Below, piece by piece: positions 13,513 through 24,719 of a DNA stretch of 60,000 nucleotides (positions are counted from its first letter, which is position 1; each line of letters opens with the position of its first letter). The stretch spans positions 75,890,001-75,950,000 of the forward strand of contig NC_086097.1 of the NCBI RefSeq assembly GCF_963921235.1, written 5' to 3'. The notes beneath the pieces are model-generated. The model had not been told where the DNA came from and ran no database searches. It saw only the letters and a program-made list of their open reading frames with translations. Made by a program: the position numbers and the translations under genes. The DNA is from Mobula hypostoma. Lineage: Eukaryota.

Positions 13513-13666
13513 TGATATCCGGCGGAACGACTTGAACTCGAGGTAGGTTAGGTGTTCAGCCAGCTCTTCTGGCTCCAAGTGATCAAAGAGAAGGGAAACT
13601 TTTCGTTTTTTGCTACAGTTTGGTTTTATCCTCTGAGTGATTTTCCGTGACCATTCGTGTGTACTT
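13513..13666 (-). CDS. RASGRP1: RASGRP1 exon 6 equivalent (REM-CDC25 linker, start of CDC25)
   Basis: 154 nt, [51 protein letters not shown]; ggacag acceptor, gtaagt donor. Confidence 0.97.
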
Positions 13667-14460
13667 CTGTCCAGTAAACAAAAAAAAAGTTTAGCTGCTG
13701 CTTTCAAAAACATTCATCAGCATAGGTTAGGTGAGGCATGTACTGACATGATTTGTGACTAAGATTTAGCTTTCTTGTTGCAGCATTACAAGCAGGCACC
13801 TTTGCCTTCTCCCTTTTTCTGTTCCATTACCTTCATTCTAAACTGACAGTCTCTTTAGTCTCCTCTGATGATATGTGTCCTTTGTTTATCTTTGTCTGCC
13901 TCTTGTTACTATATCAGCTTCAACTTCTTCATTTTCTAAATTGAGTAATCCTGTTTCCACCCATTCCCAGGATAAGGAAGTCCTTCTGTTTTACAGGCTG
14001 TTACCTAATCTACGATACTGCAGTACTGCTGCACACATTCTTTCAGTATTCTGCTGAGTAGTGGAGTACAAGGAACAGCAATAATCACAGCCCATCAAAA
14101 ATCAAAAATATTTTGTTGGAGGTTTATGAATCTACCTCCACACAACAGAAAAGCATTCAGGAAATTGGAATAATTTTTGCCCAGAAAAGAAAATATAAGC
14201 ACTGGGCATATACTCGAAATCATGCTTGGCTGGAGATGGAGGTGGCTTGATGCATAAAATCAATAATCTATTAGATAACAATTTTTTGTATGTATGGAGT
14301 TTTCAGTGAAGGACTACTTAATTTGACTAATTTGGAGGGTTCTGGAGTTTCAGTTCTCTACACTTATCTTCTCAACAGAGCATGAGAAAATTGAATACAT
14401 AAATGTCTCATTGTTGCTGTTCTGGCCATGATTGCAGCTAAAACTAATATAAACTGGAAC

Positions 14461-14625
14461 CATAACAGAATTCTGGAAGAACTCAGTGGGTCATGCAGCA
14501 TTTGCATAGGTCAACCTATGACCTAAGATGTCAACTTGCACCTTTTGTTGTTTAACCCATTGATTTTTTTCCAGTATTCTGCTTTTGTTTTAGATTCAAG
14601 CATCTGCATTCTGTTTTGTCTTTGT
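14461..14625. repeat. Old decayed fold-back PLE end
   Basis: cagaattctggaagaactcagtgggtca pairs imperfectly with acccattgattttttccagtattctg. Confidence 0.5.
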
Positions 14626-15185
14626 CCTAATCCAGACTGTAAAGTGGGTTACACACAATGATTTTAAGACAATTTTTCTTTGGGAACCTGAATTACAAAC
14701 AAACTTGAATAAGCTGAACGTTTTATATCTGACAACTCCAGTATCCTCAATCTAAGTGCATGGACAATTGTCCAGTAACTCAGTTTGTAACAGAAAGGGC
14801 TCATAGAGCAAACAACTTGAAATTCAATAACAATGAAGATGTATGATTGATTAGGACAGAAGAGAAGAAAAATCTCCAAAGAGGAGAGGGTATTCTGTAC
14901 TTTATAATGGAAATAGCGATTAGCTTTTTGTTAATTAACCAGGAAGTTTCATAATAATGTTTATGTTGTGTGTGGAAAATTGAAAAAAATTACATTTCCC
15001 TGTTCTAACTTCACTACCTTCCAGAACAATGTTGTAACTGTCTTAACCATTTATAGTCTATGGCCCCTTGAAGTCTTCAAAGTTACCAATAATCCGGTTA
15101 TTACTTAAAAACATCTGTAAAGATCAAACTATCATGTTTACCATTTCCAAAACAAACATCTGAAAACCATAATTTTTTAAAGTCA

Positions 15186-15412
15186 CATACATCAAATTTG
15201 CTGGTGAACGCAGCAGGCCAAGCAGCATCTGTAGGAAGAGGTGCAGTCGACGTTTCAGGCCGAGACCCTTCGTCAGGACTAACTGAGGGTCTCGGCCTGA
15301 AATGTCGACTGCACCTCTTCCTACAGATGCTGCTTGGCCTGCTGCGTTCACTAGCAACTTTGATGTATGTTGCTTGAATTTCCAGCATCTGCAGAATTCC
15401 TGTTGTTTGCGT
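15186..15412. mobile_element. Fold-back Penelope-like element end with 13-bp TSD
   Basis: Inverted arms; ttttttaaagtca at 15173-15185 and 15413-15425. Confidence 0.9.
15244..15281 (-). ncRNA. Minimal type-I hammerhead ribozyme motif (PLE-associated), intact core
   Basis: Minus: tAGTC-CTGACGA-AGGgtctcggCCT-GAAA-CG-TC-GACTg: helix I AGUC/GACU, CUGANGA and GAAA cores, palindromic ACGU helix III, GUC triplet. Confidence 0.75.
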
Positions 15413-16653
15413 TTTTTTAAAGTCATGTATATATACACATACAATATATACCAAGATACAAATCCATGCATTTTTATAAGATTCTAATGCATGGTTACAA
15501 GAACATAAGCTATAAGTAACAGTGACTGAGTTAGATTGAGCTATTGTATATTAATTAGCTAACTTTCAGGTAACCTCTTAAACTTCTTGGTTGTTTGTCA
15601 GTCTTTGTTTATGTATAGTTTTCACAAATTTGATTGTATTTCTTTACTTTCCTGTAAATGCCTGCAAGAAAATGAATCTCAAGGTCATATATGGTAACAT
15701 ACAGTATATGTACTTTGATAGTAAATTTACATTGAGTTTGACTTCTTAGCCTGCTCTTTGATAACTGGAGCTCTGGAAGTTACTATCAGTGACTTGCTTC
15801 AGAGCAGTAAGCTACGCTGTGGTGATGGATCATCACGGAGTGTGGTAGGAGTAGGAACCTGTGCAAACAGCCAATTTCAGCATATGAATTTGGCATGATC
15901 AAAATGCCACAGATTTTAATGATGGGCATGGCTGCATAAACCTCAGAAAAATGTTTGATAGTGCACATAGCTGTTTCTGGAAAAACGGAGATTAGGAGGA
16001 GTATGCTATTAAGCCTCAAGCCTGCCTTATACTTCAATGTGATTATCTGTTCATCCAAAACTAGTGCCTTGTTCTTGCTTTCTCCCCATGATGCTAAGTT
16101 CAAAGACGTTTAAAAAGTATTTGGAAGTTCCAGCTTTGTCTCAGTTCTTGATTTTTTTAAAAGGTTTTATCTTTTCAGTTTTTCGCTTGTAAGATTTTAA
16201 AAGCTTGTAAATGTTTTTGAAAGACTGAGAAACTTCACAAGATTTGACAGTGCTGGCTAAGTGTAGGGGCATGACTTATTCAAAAATAATTTATTTTTGC
16301 AATTTAATATACAGAACTAATCATAGGGTCACCATGTGATGTTATTTTTATCTCTGTTCCCCTACAACTCAGAAAGCCCCACAAAGAGAGCTTTCACATT
16401 TTCTGTGAGTTGCTGCTGAGAGAATTGTGAAAGGTAGTGATAATTGCTAATTGTTTGTTGTTATCAAAGTAATGTGATGAAATGTGTTTCCTTGGCTTTG
16501 AGTCAACCTGAGAAAATGAAACTGTTTAACTAAAAGATATTCCTTTCTAGAAAATGGTCTGAGAAAGCACACAATCATGTTCATCATAAAATACTAATTT
16601 GCAGTGCATTTTGGATGATGCCATACTTACAAGCTTCCTTAAAGTTGTCATAG

Positions 16654-17160
16654 CGGGGGGGAGGTCGTGGGGATAAACTCACACTGTCTATTAAATGCTC
16701 ACAATGATATGTGTCTCAAATAGCCTCTGACAAACAACTCCAGCTCCTGGCCTTCACGTATGGCTTAGCTATAAAGCCAGGCAAAACCGTTTCTACTGAC
16801 AGGAGAAGGTTCAAAGGCAGGTTACTGGCACTTTAAAACCAGTTAGATGGGGTTCATCAGCCGTGGTTGGCAGCTCATCTAGTAGGAGGAAAACTCAGTT
16901 CTCAAACCTCTGCTGCTTTGTGGATAAATCCACTCATGAGGAAGGCCTCAGGCACAGGTCGCTCAGGCTGTCCAACACTGACTGGCAACACCTGCAATGC
17001 CGCTGGTGCCGAACTGTGTTCCTTTGGATTCATCGGCTGTATGGAGAGGGGAAGCCTGCTGCATGAGCAACAGCTTGGTCTCTATATCGTATTGCCCTGA
17101 CTTGTGTATCGTGTAGACAGCTAGGATTCATGCTGGACTCTGGCCAATGCAGGGCCTCAT
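16654..17160 (+). mobile_element. RTE-clade-related non-autonomous element (5' UTR-like sequence)
   Basis: GC-richer insert with ggaggaaaactcagttctcaaacctctgctgc, recalled as RTE 5' UTR-like; shares about 100 nt with the SINE at 45556-45862; no ORF homology. Confidence 0.5.
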
Positions 17161-17318
17161 ACTCTATAAGGCTACAGATAATAATGATAGCAATTATTGG
17201 ATTGAAAATTTCTCCCTAATTCTCTCTCGTAAACACACATTCTTAATCGAGAGTAATTGTGAAGCTGATGTTGATCATTTATCATTTTTTAGAAATGGAA
17301 TATGAACTTATGTCTTAC

Positions 17319-17450
17319 ATTTGCGAAGTGTCAATAAATTGAGAATGTGACTCTTCACCCTTCCTTCTCACCAGCTCTTGAAAATGTTCCATTGTTTCTG
17401 AGAGACTGTTGTCTATTTTAAACATTATCCAGAACTCAGTAATCCAGTAC
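17319..17450 (-). CDS. RASGRP1: RASGRP1 exon 5 equivalent
   Basis: 132 nt, [43 protein letters not shown](I); ctgttccag acceptor, gtaaga donor; phases match both neighbours. Confidence 0.95.
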
Positions 17451-17958
17451 CTGGAACAGTACCATGCAAGTATTAATATCAGCAAAAATAATGCAACAAT
17501 GCCTTTGTTTTAACTTAAATCAATATATGAAATAAAGCTACTTTTTAATCTTTGAACAGAAAGTAACTCTACATTACAGATTAATATTAGTAACGTAACT
17601 AGACCGGTATCAGTTACATAACTGGCCTGAATTATATCACAAGTACTATTCTCAAACGTGACCTTAACTGGCATGGGACCTTTGCCTGCAATTGCTATCC
17701 TTGTTTAATCCTTTCCTTGTGTTGACACACCCAGCCACCACTTGGGCCTTTGCTACTTGCAGTAAGTGTCCATTGTTGGAAGAAAAGGAATCAATGATGA
17801 ATTTGAGCCAGCACATCACCAAATCTCCCTTTAAAACTTTGATGGGTAACTGATCCCTGCCTCCAGCCATTAAAGCTGGCAGGGTTTAGTAAAAAAAAGA
17901 ACTTCAACATTTAAAAAGATTATTTAAATATAAAAAAGCTGAAAATACGTCAAAGTTA

Positions 17959-20711
17959 ATTGCATTTTAATTGCTGGCTACTGAACTCTGATATTTCCCC
18001 AGCTTCGAGGTGCAATTAATTAAAGTGGGCCTGGTCAATCCCCTTTTGATTGCTCTTGTGTAACGTCCACCAAAAATACATAAAGATTTTTATCACTCAA
18101 TTTGCGGACTTCCTCTCAAACACTATGCCCAACTTTGATCGAGTTCTGATTCTTGGTGACTTTAATATTCATGTTTGCTGTCCCACTAAGCCTCTCGTAA
18201 GTGATTTTATGCATCTGCTTGAGTCTTTTAATCTTGCTCTGCTTATCACTGGACCCACTCACATGCTAGGCCATACACTTGACCTGGTCTTATCGTCTGG
18301 TTTTCCGATCTGCAATGGGGAAATAATTGATGCATGTCTGTCGGATCATGGTGCTGTTATGTTTGATGCTTCTGTGCCTTTTTCCCTTACTAAATTTCAT
18401 CTTCCTGTACGTTGCTCTCATTACATTAACTCTTTGACTGCCAATAAGTTCTCTGAGGCTCTCGTAGCTGCTCCTAATACCTGCACTATTGAGGCTTCTC
18501 CTCCCCATCTCAGCACTGAGGAACTTACTTCCTTATTTAGTACCACCTGCTCTTCTATTCTGAATACTGTTGCTCCCCTTAAATTCAAAAAGCCTAAGCC
18601 TAAAGGTCTGCCTTGGCTTAATGACACCACCAGAGCCTTGAGGAGGGAGTGCAGAATATCCGAATGAAAGTGGAAGCATGATAACCTTCAAATTTCCTTT
18701 GAAATTCTGAGATACAATCTTCACAAATAGCAGGATGTAGTTAAGGTTGCAAGAGCAAAATACTTTTCTGACCTAATTTCTAACAACTCTCATAATCCCA
18801 AGGTCTTAATCAGTACCATAAATTCTGTCATTTGTCCCGCCCCCAATATTAGTTTAGAAGTGTACCCTGCTAAGTGCGAAGAATTTTTAAAATTCTTCAT
18901 TGGCAAAGTTGAAAACATCAGAATGAACATTCCCCCCCCCACCCGAACCCATGCTTAACTGTCTCATTGGTCTGTTCATCTAAACTGGACTGTTTCCAAC
19001 CCATCACACTACCCTCCCTTACAAAAATTGTTTCCACCATGAAACCTGCAACCTGCCCCCTTGATGTTGTCCCCACTACCCTCCCGAAGGATGTCTTTGA
19101 CATAGCCGGTCCCACCATCCTCTCTATTATCAACAGCTTCCTGGCCACTGTACCGTTCCAACCTGCTTCAAAGCGTGCCGTGGTCCAGCCCCTCCTGAAA
19201 AAACCCAACTTAGACCCTACCTTACCTAGTAACTACAGACTTATTTCTGAACTTCCATTCCTGTCAAACGTTCTTGAAAAGGTTATTCTTAGTCAATTGC
19301 TGCCCTATCTACACCAAAACAACATCTTGGAAAGATTTCAGTCAGGTTTTAAGGCTTTTCATAGCACAGAGTCTGCCCTGCTGAAAGTGTACAATGACCT
19401 GCTCCTCTCTACCGACTCAGGTGACTCTGCCATCCTAATTCTTCTTGACCTCAGCACAGCATTCGATACTGTGGATCATGCCATTTTAATAGACCGTCTC
19501 CAGTACAGGGTTGGTGTTGATTGCACTGCCTTGAACTGGTTTATATCCTACCTCAAAACTATAAGTTTTTCCGTCAACATAGGCAATTTCTCTTCTCGCC
19601 CAGTTAGTCTCTCCTGCGGTCCATCCTAGGTCCCATTCTTTTCTCTATATACATGCTTCCTCTCGGTCAAATCGTTCAAAAATATGACATTTCTTTCCAT
19701 TGTTATGCTGACAACACACAGCTTCATCTCCCCCTGAAACCAAACGACCAGTCAAATCTAGTCAGCCTCATGAACTGCTTTGAGGACATAAAGTGCTGGA
19801 TGGCACAAAACTTCCTACAGCTGAATGAAGGCAAGTCTGAAGTTGTCCTATCTGGCCCCCCTGACTCCATCAAAGTGATTACCAACAGTCTTGGTAACCT
19901 GTCTACCCTTGTCAAACCCCATGTCAAAAACCTTGGTGTGATATTTGATTCTGCCTTTAAGTTTGACAAGAAAGTTAATGCAGTAGTAAAAGCCAGTTTT
20001 TTCCAGCTTCGTACTATTGCCAAAATCGAGTCATTTCTCTCCTTCAAAGATCTCGAGAAAGTCATCCACGCCCTTATATCCTCCCGCTTGGACTACTCCA
20101 ACTCCCTGTACACTGGGATTAGTCAGTCATCCCTGTCCCGCCTGCAACTGGTCCAGAATGCCGCAGCCTGGCTCCTGACAGGTGCCCGGAAGAGGGACCA
20201 TATATTACTTCTATCCTGGCCTCCCTCCACTGGCTACAAGTACGGTTTAGAATTGATTTTAAGGTTCTCCTGTTTGTTTATAAAGCCCTAGATGGGCTCC
20301 CCCCCCCCACTTATATCACAGACCTTCTAACCCCTTATTCTACTTCCGGGTCCCTCAGGTCGGCTGACTTGGGGCTCCTGGCTGTCCAGCGATCTAAATT
20401 TAAGTCCGGGGTGACCACACCTTTGCTATTGTAGCCCCTAGACTATGGAACAGCATTCTCCTCCCTATCAGATCTGCCCCCTCCATTGACTCTTTTAAGT
20501 CCAGGCTCAAACCTTAACTTTATTCACTAGCATTTGAATCTTCCTCATGTGGCTGATTTTTGGCTTGTGCCTAGGCTCATGTGCTGTTTATTTTGTGCCT
20601 ATAAGCTGTATTTGTGATTTTAGCTATCTGTTACGGTTTGTACAGCACTTTGGTCAACATGGGTTGTTTTTAAATGTGCTTTATAAATAAATTTGACTTG
20701 ACTTGACTTGG
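17959..20711 (+). mobile_element. L2-clade LINE, 5'-truncated (APE C-terminus, RT, 3' UTR)
   Basis: ILGDFNIH, GHTLDLV, SDH, QSGFKAFHSTESALLKV, LLDLSTAFDTVDH, HCYADNTQL, LDYSNSL; (acttg)n tail; candidate 8-bp TSD caaagtta (17951-58 / 20712-19). Confidence 0.92.
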
Positions 20712-20844
20712 CAAAGTTATAAGAAACATATAAAAGATAAATAATCTTCAAAAATGTTAATTCTGTCCCTCTTAAGCATCACATAGCTCTGCAGTTCCCA
20801 TTGTGATCAATATGGTCAGGGAACCTGTGCCAGTTCTATCCTTG

Positions 20845-21090
20845 TGCGGGATTTGAAAGCCATTTCTTTAGCCAGAGGGTGGTGAATCTGTGAATTTCAT
20901 TGTTACAAATGGCCAAGTCATCAGGTAGATTTAAAGTGGAGGTTGATAGATTCTTGATTAGTAAGAGTGTCAAAGGTTACGAGGAGCAAGTAGGAGAATG
21001 GGGTGGTGAGAGATAATAAATCATCATGATAGAATGGCAGAACAGACTTGATGGGCCAAATAGTCCAATTCTACTCCAATGTCTTATATT
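20845..21090 (+). mobile_element. CR1 3' end fragment
   Basis: ttctttagccagagggtggtgaatctgtg...tttaaagtggaggttgatagattcttg, same 3' end as 4215-4715 and 34460-34800. Confidence 0.7.
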
Positions 21091-23152
21091 ATTGGCATGT
21101 CCCATAGTTAATCAGCTGATCTTTGTCAAAACATACTTTGGTAATAATACAGGCAAACTAAACATACCAGTGGCAAGAGAAATAGTCGATGTTTAGGTAA
21201 AGAACCTCAAAACAGATAGGAGGTTATCAATCTGAAACATTAAACGTGTTTCTTTCCTTAGATGTTGGCCTGCCTGCTGCATAATCTGAACATTTTTTTC
21301 TTTTCCCAATGCCTCAGTAAAGCAGTCATATTAAAATCATGACTGTAATTGCCAGTTTTAAATTGTTCATGGATCTATGGGCTAGATTTAACTATTTAAT
21401 TTCTTGTGATGCCAATCATTTAGTGCCTCTCATCACACCATCTTATCATTCAGGTAACCTGAACACTCAAAATACAAAATGGTTTATCTTTATTATTCAT
21501 AACTTATAACACAACTTTGCTGATACTCTATATACACAGTGGAATCTAGAAGTAAAGAATGTTTGAAAAAGGGATAAATGTCGAACCTAATCCTGTAAGG
21601 TTACTCTGCCTTTTAATAACAAGGTTGATCTGCTCATCATAACTTGATTTTCCTATCCAAAATCCATTACCATTTATTTTTCTGACGTACAAAAAGTTAT
21701 CTACCTTGAGTCTATCAGGTTCTATGGCTTTGTACCTGGAGAATTCCAAAGATTTGTGACCATCAGAAAATAAATTTACCCTCATCTCATTAAGTTTTCT
21801 TTGCGCTAAGAATGCACTCCCTAGATTCAGGCTCTCTGATCAGGAGAGACCTTCTCATAGCATCTACCCTATCTGATACTTCTCAAGAATCGTGAATTCA
21901 CATATGATCCTTGACAGAGTAGTCCGTCCATTCTTTCACCACAAGCCAAGTACTTCAGCCCAGCAATCAACTCTTACTGCTTGGTCTTTGAAGTATATTC
22001 TTCCTTGAAAAGGAGACCAAAGCTCTACATTGTATAGTTTCAGAGTTATTAGTATTTATAGCATCAACCCAGTGGTTCAAAACTATTAAGACTACACTGA
22101 TATCCTTATATCCACCAGCAAATTTTGCCTAAAAATTAGATGAGGAATTACTTGCACAAAATAAAATGTTTTGTCTGTTTTGAAGTGTTTGCACTTATTT
22201 CCGATAGAAGTCCTGTCCTTCAGGAAATTACATCAGGCATTTCTTGCCCCAGTTCACCTTGAGCAAAATCCATTGCGGAAACATCAACCACATCATTCTA
22301 AATATCCTCATCATGTGTGCATGTCTGATTTAGAAACAGTTCAGGTCAAAAGGTTGTCACCTGCCATGTTCATTGTTAACTCCCGATCAAATAAGTAAAC
22401 TAGTATGTTACACAGAAAGATGGAAACCATACGTGAATTAAAGGAGCCCGCTGGGCATCGTCCTTATTTTTAGTGACTCCCCAACCTTGAGTGTAATGAG
22501 CTACCATCTACAGACAGACAACACTTAACACCTCATATCTGCAAAGGAGTAAATCTGGCCTAATTGGTCAACTTCACTGTATGAGGGTATTGGTTGTTGC
22601 CATTAAACTCACTGTTTAACCCCTTCCTCCAAATTTCTCTTCTCCCTCCATTTTATGTAACCCCAAATCCTATCTTGTGATCTGTGAGTGGATAATTCAA
22701 TTTCTCTTTCTATTAGTGCCCAAAGACCAGAAAAACAGATGCTTAACGTGAGTGTATACGAATTAGGTGCTTTTTCTGGTTATGTGCTATTTTGCACTAG
22801 GAGAAAATGCAACATCTCTCAGCAATAATAAAAACAATAATTATGTGAAGAGAAGTGACTAATGGTACACATAATCTCTTTCTATTTTCATTCTTTGATT
22901 TTATATGGGTTTCATCCTCTGCATCCTTCTATGGACGTTTAGAGCTGGAAATTTCCTGTATTTAGCACTTTAGATATTATTTAATGAAATGTCATTTGAA
23001 ATATTAGTCTTGCATAGAGCCATATAATTCTCAAGTTTACATAGAAAAGAAAGTTATAGAAGGCACAGATGAAAAAAAGAGCTACTATAACTTTTTAAAG
23101 ATATGTTTGCAGGACTTAACCACAATCTTTCAAACTGAGACTAAAATGAGAA

Positions 23153-23221
23153 ATGCAAATGCTGCAGGTAGATACTTGACTTTTTGTCTTTACTTAGCTG
23201 TGGTTGTTACTTCCAGGAAAA
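23153..23221. promoter_or_regulatory. Candidate lymphoid enhancer motif cluster (Oct, RUNX, ETS, STAT, NFAT)
   Basis: ATGCAAAT 23153-60, TGTGGTT 23199-205, ACTTCC 23209-14, TTCCAGGAA 23211-19, GGAAAA 23216-21; motif match only. Confidence 0.25.
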
Positions 23222-23228
23222 GGCTCAC

Positions 23229-23291
23229 CTTATAAAGTAACAGATCTTCAAGCAAGTTGCAGCACAGTTTTGCTCTAAAGCATTCTGATAT
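23229..23291 (-). CDS. RASGRP1: RASGRP1 exon 4 equivalent (REM domain)
   Basis: 63 nt, YQNALEQNCAATCLKICYFI(R) vs human [21 protein letters not shown]; preceded by AC acceptor, followed by gtgagc donor; not in the ORF track. Confidence 0.93.
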
Positions 23292-24719
23292 GTAGGTCAT
23301 CATTAAGGAAAACAATTCTTATTTAAAGTATTTAAGTATCCTTATTTATATTCAACAATAGCATTGTTGAGTCCAATATAAGTGACATTTTCTGGAAAAC
23401 AAGTGTTGAATAAGATAAAGACCATTTGTCTTTTAATATTTTTCAGACTGCACACCAGAAATACTTCTTTAAAATGTAATTTCAGAGCTTCAAAAAGGAA
23501 CAACTTTTAAGCAATTATTTACTACTTCAAAATGTACTTAAAATACGTCATGAAACTAAACACACTATTTTACCTTGAATCTGTATGACATAAGTTACAG
23601 AAGCTGATCAAAGGAAATGGTTTTAATGCTGTGGATGGTTCATTATGACAAAGAATTGTGGCACTGAGTTACTTTTACTGTTACCCAGTTTTAATCTATC
23701 TCTTTATTTAGCAGTAGAGTTGATGTCTTTTTGCCTGCCTTATTGGGCAGGAAGTTGAGCAGTAGGATTCTGAGTCATACTCTGCTGGATATGTAGCCCA
23801 GAATGCACAAAACTACATATACCTTTCTGAACCCTTGAGCTAAGCATCAAGGTCTGCACTGTAACTACACCTCAGGTGGCATAGGGTGGAGGCCCTGCTC
23901 ATACAGCACTGATGTTAGGTAAAGCAGGGAGTAGTCCTACAATGACTAATAAAACTGTCATAGATCTTCCTGAATCTGACAGTCAGAAATCTAAAAACTC
24001 GTAACATTCAAAAAAATTATTAGGGAATAACTATTATTTTCTTAACATAGTTAATTAAAATGCATAAAATCCTACAGGAATAATTATAAATAATAAACTT
24101 AATGTTTAAAAATGCCTTCTACCTTGTGTCCCAGTCTTTGAAAATGAGTGTCCCAGCATCAGAGGAGCTGAGAAAAATATGGAAACAGGCAAACTTAGGG
24201 TCATCTGTGACTGTGATGTTGCAAACAATCTAGTTCAGATTCAGACAATCACCCAGAAGAGTTAAGTGTTTAATGGTTGGGGCTGATGTTAAAGAAATTT
24301 TCTACTCATTCAGAGCCAGACATTAGAGAAGCAGTCTGATAATTTGGAGGGTGGAGCCAAAAAAGTGGTGACAAGATAGGAATGGATGTATACTCTAAGC
24401 AGTTGCTCCAAGTCATTTTTAGGTGGGATGATACAAAGGTATCAGTCTCCATGACATCACAAACTCTTTTCTATACATTCAAATTGTTGGAATTTTCTAC
24501 TGTTTTAAAGTATTTCTATTACCAACATTGGCTTATTTATTTATCAACAATTTGAGTGAGCAACCCATCTATAATTTCTCATTTAATTCATTTCAAGAAA
24601 ACGAATCTCCGGGTGGTATATGGTGACATAAGTATTTTGATAATAAATTTATTTTTAATTTTGAACTTTATCATAATTTTAGGTCCTTCTGATGCATTGT
24701 GTTGGATTTTTAATGAGCA

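Noticed and set aside
16744..16806. HDV-like ribozyme in the RTE-like element (ctcctg/caggag pairing, CUGA before the 3' strand)
   Set aside because: Could not build P1, P1.1 and P3 consistently by eye; needs an RNArobo or Infernal search on the family consensus.
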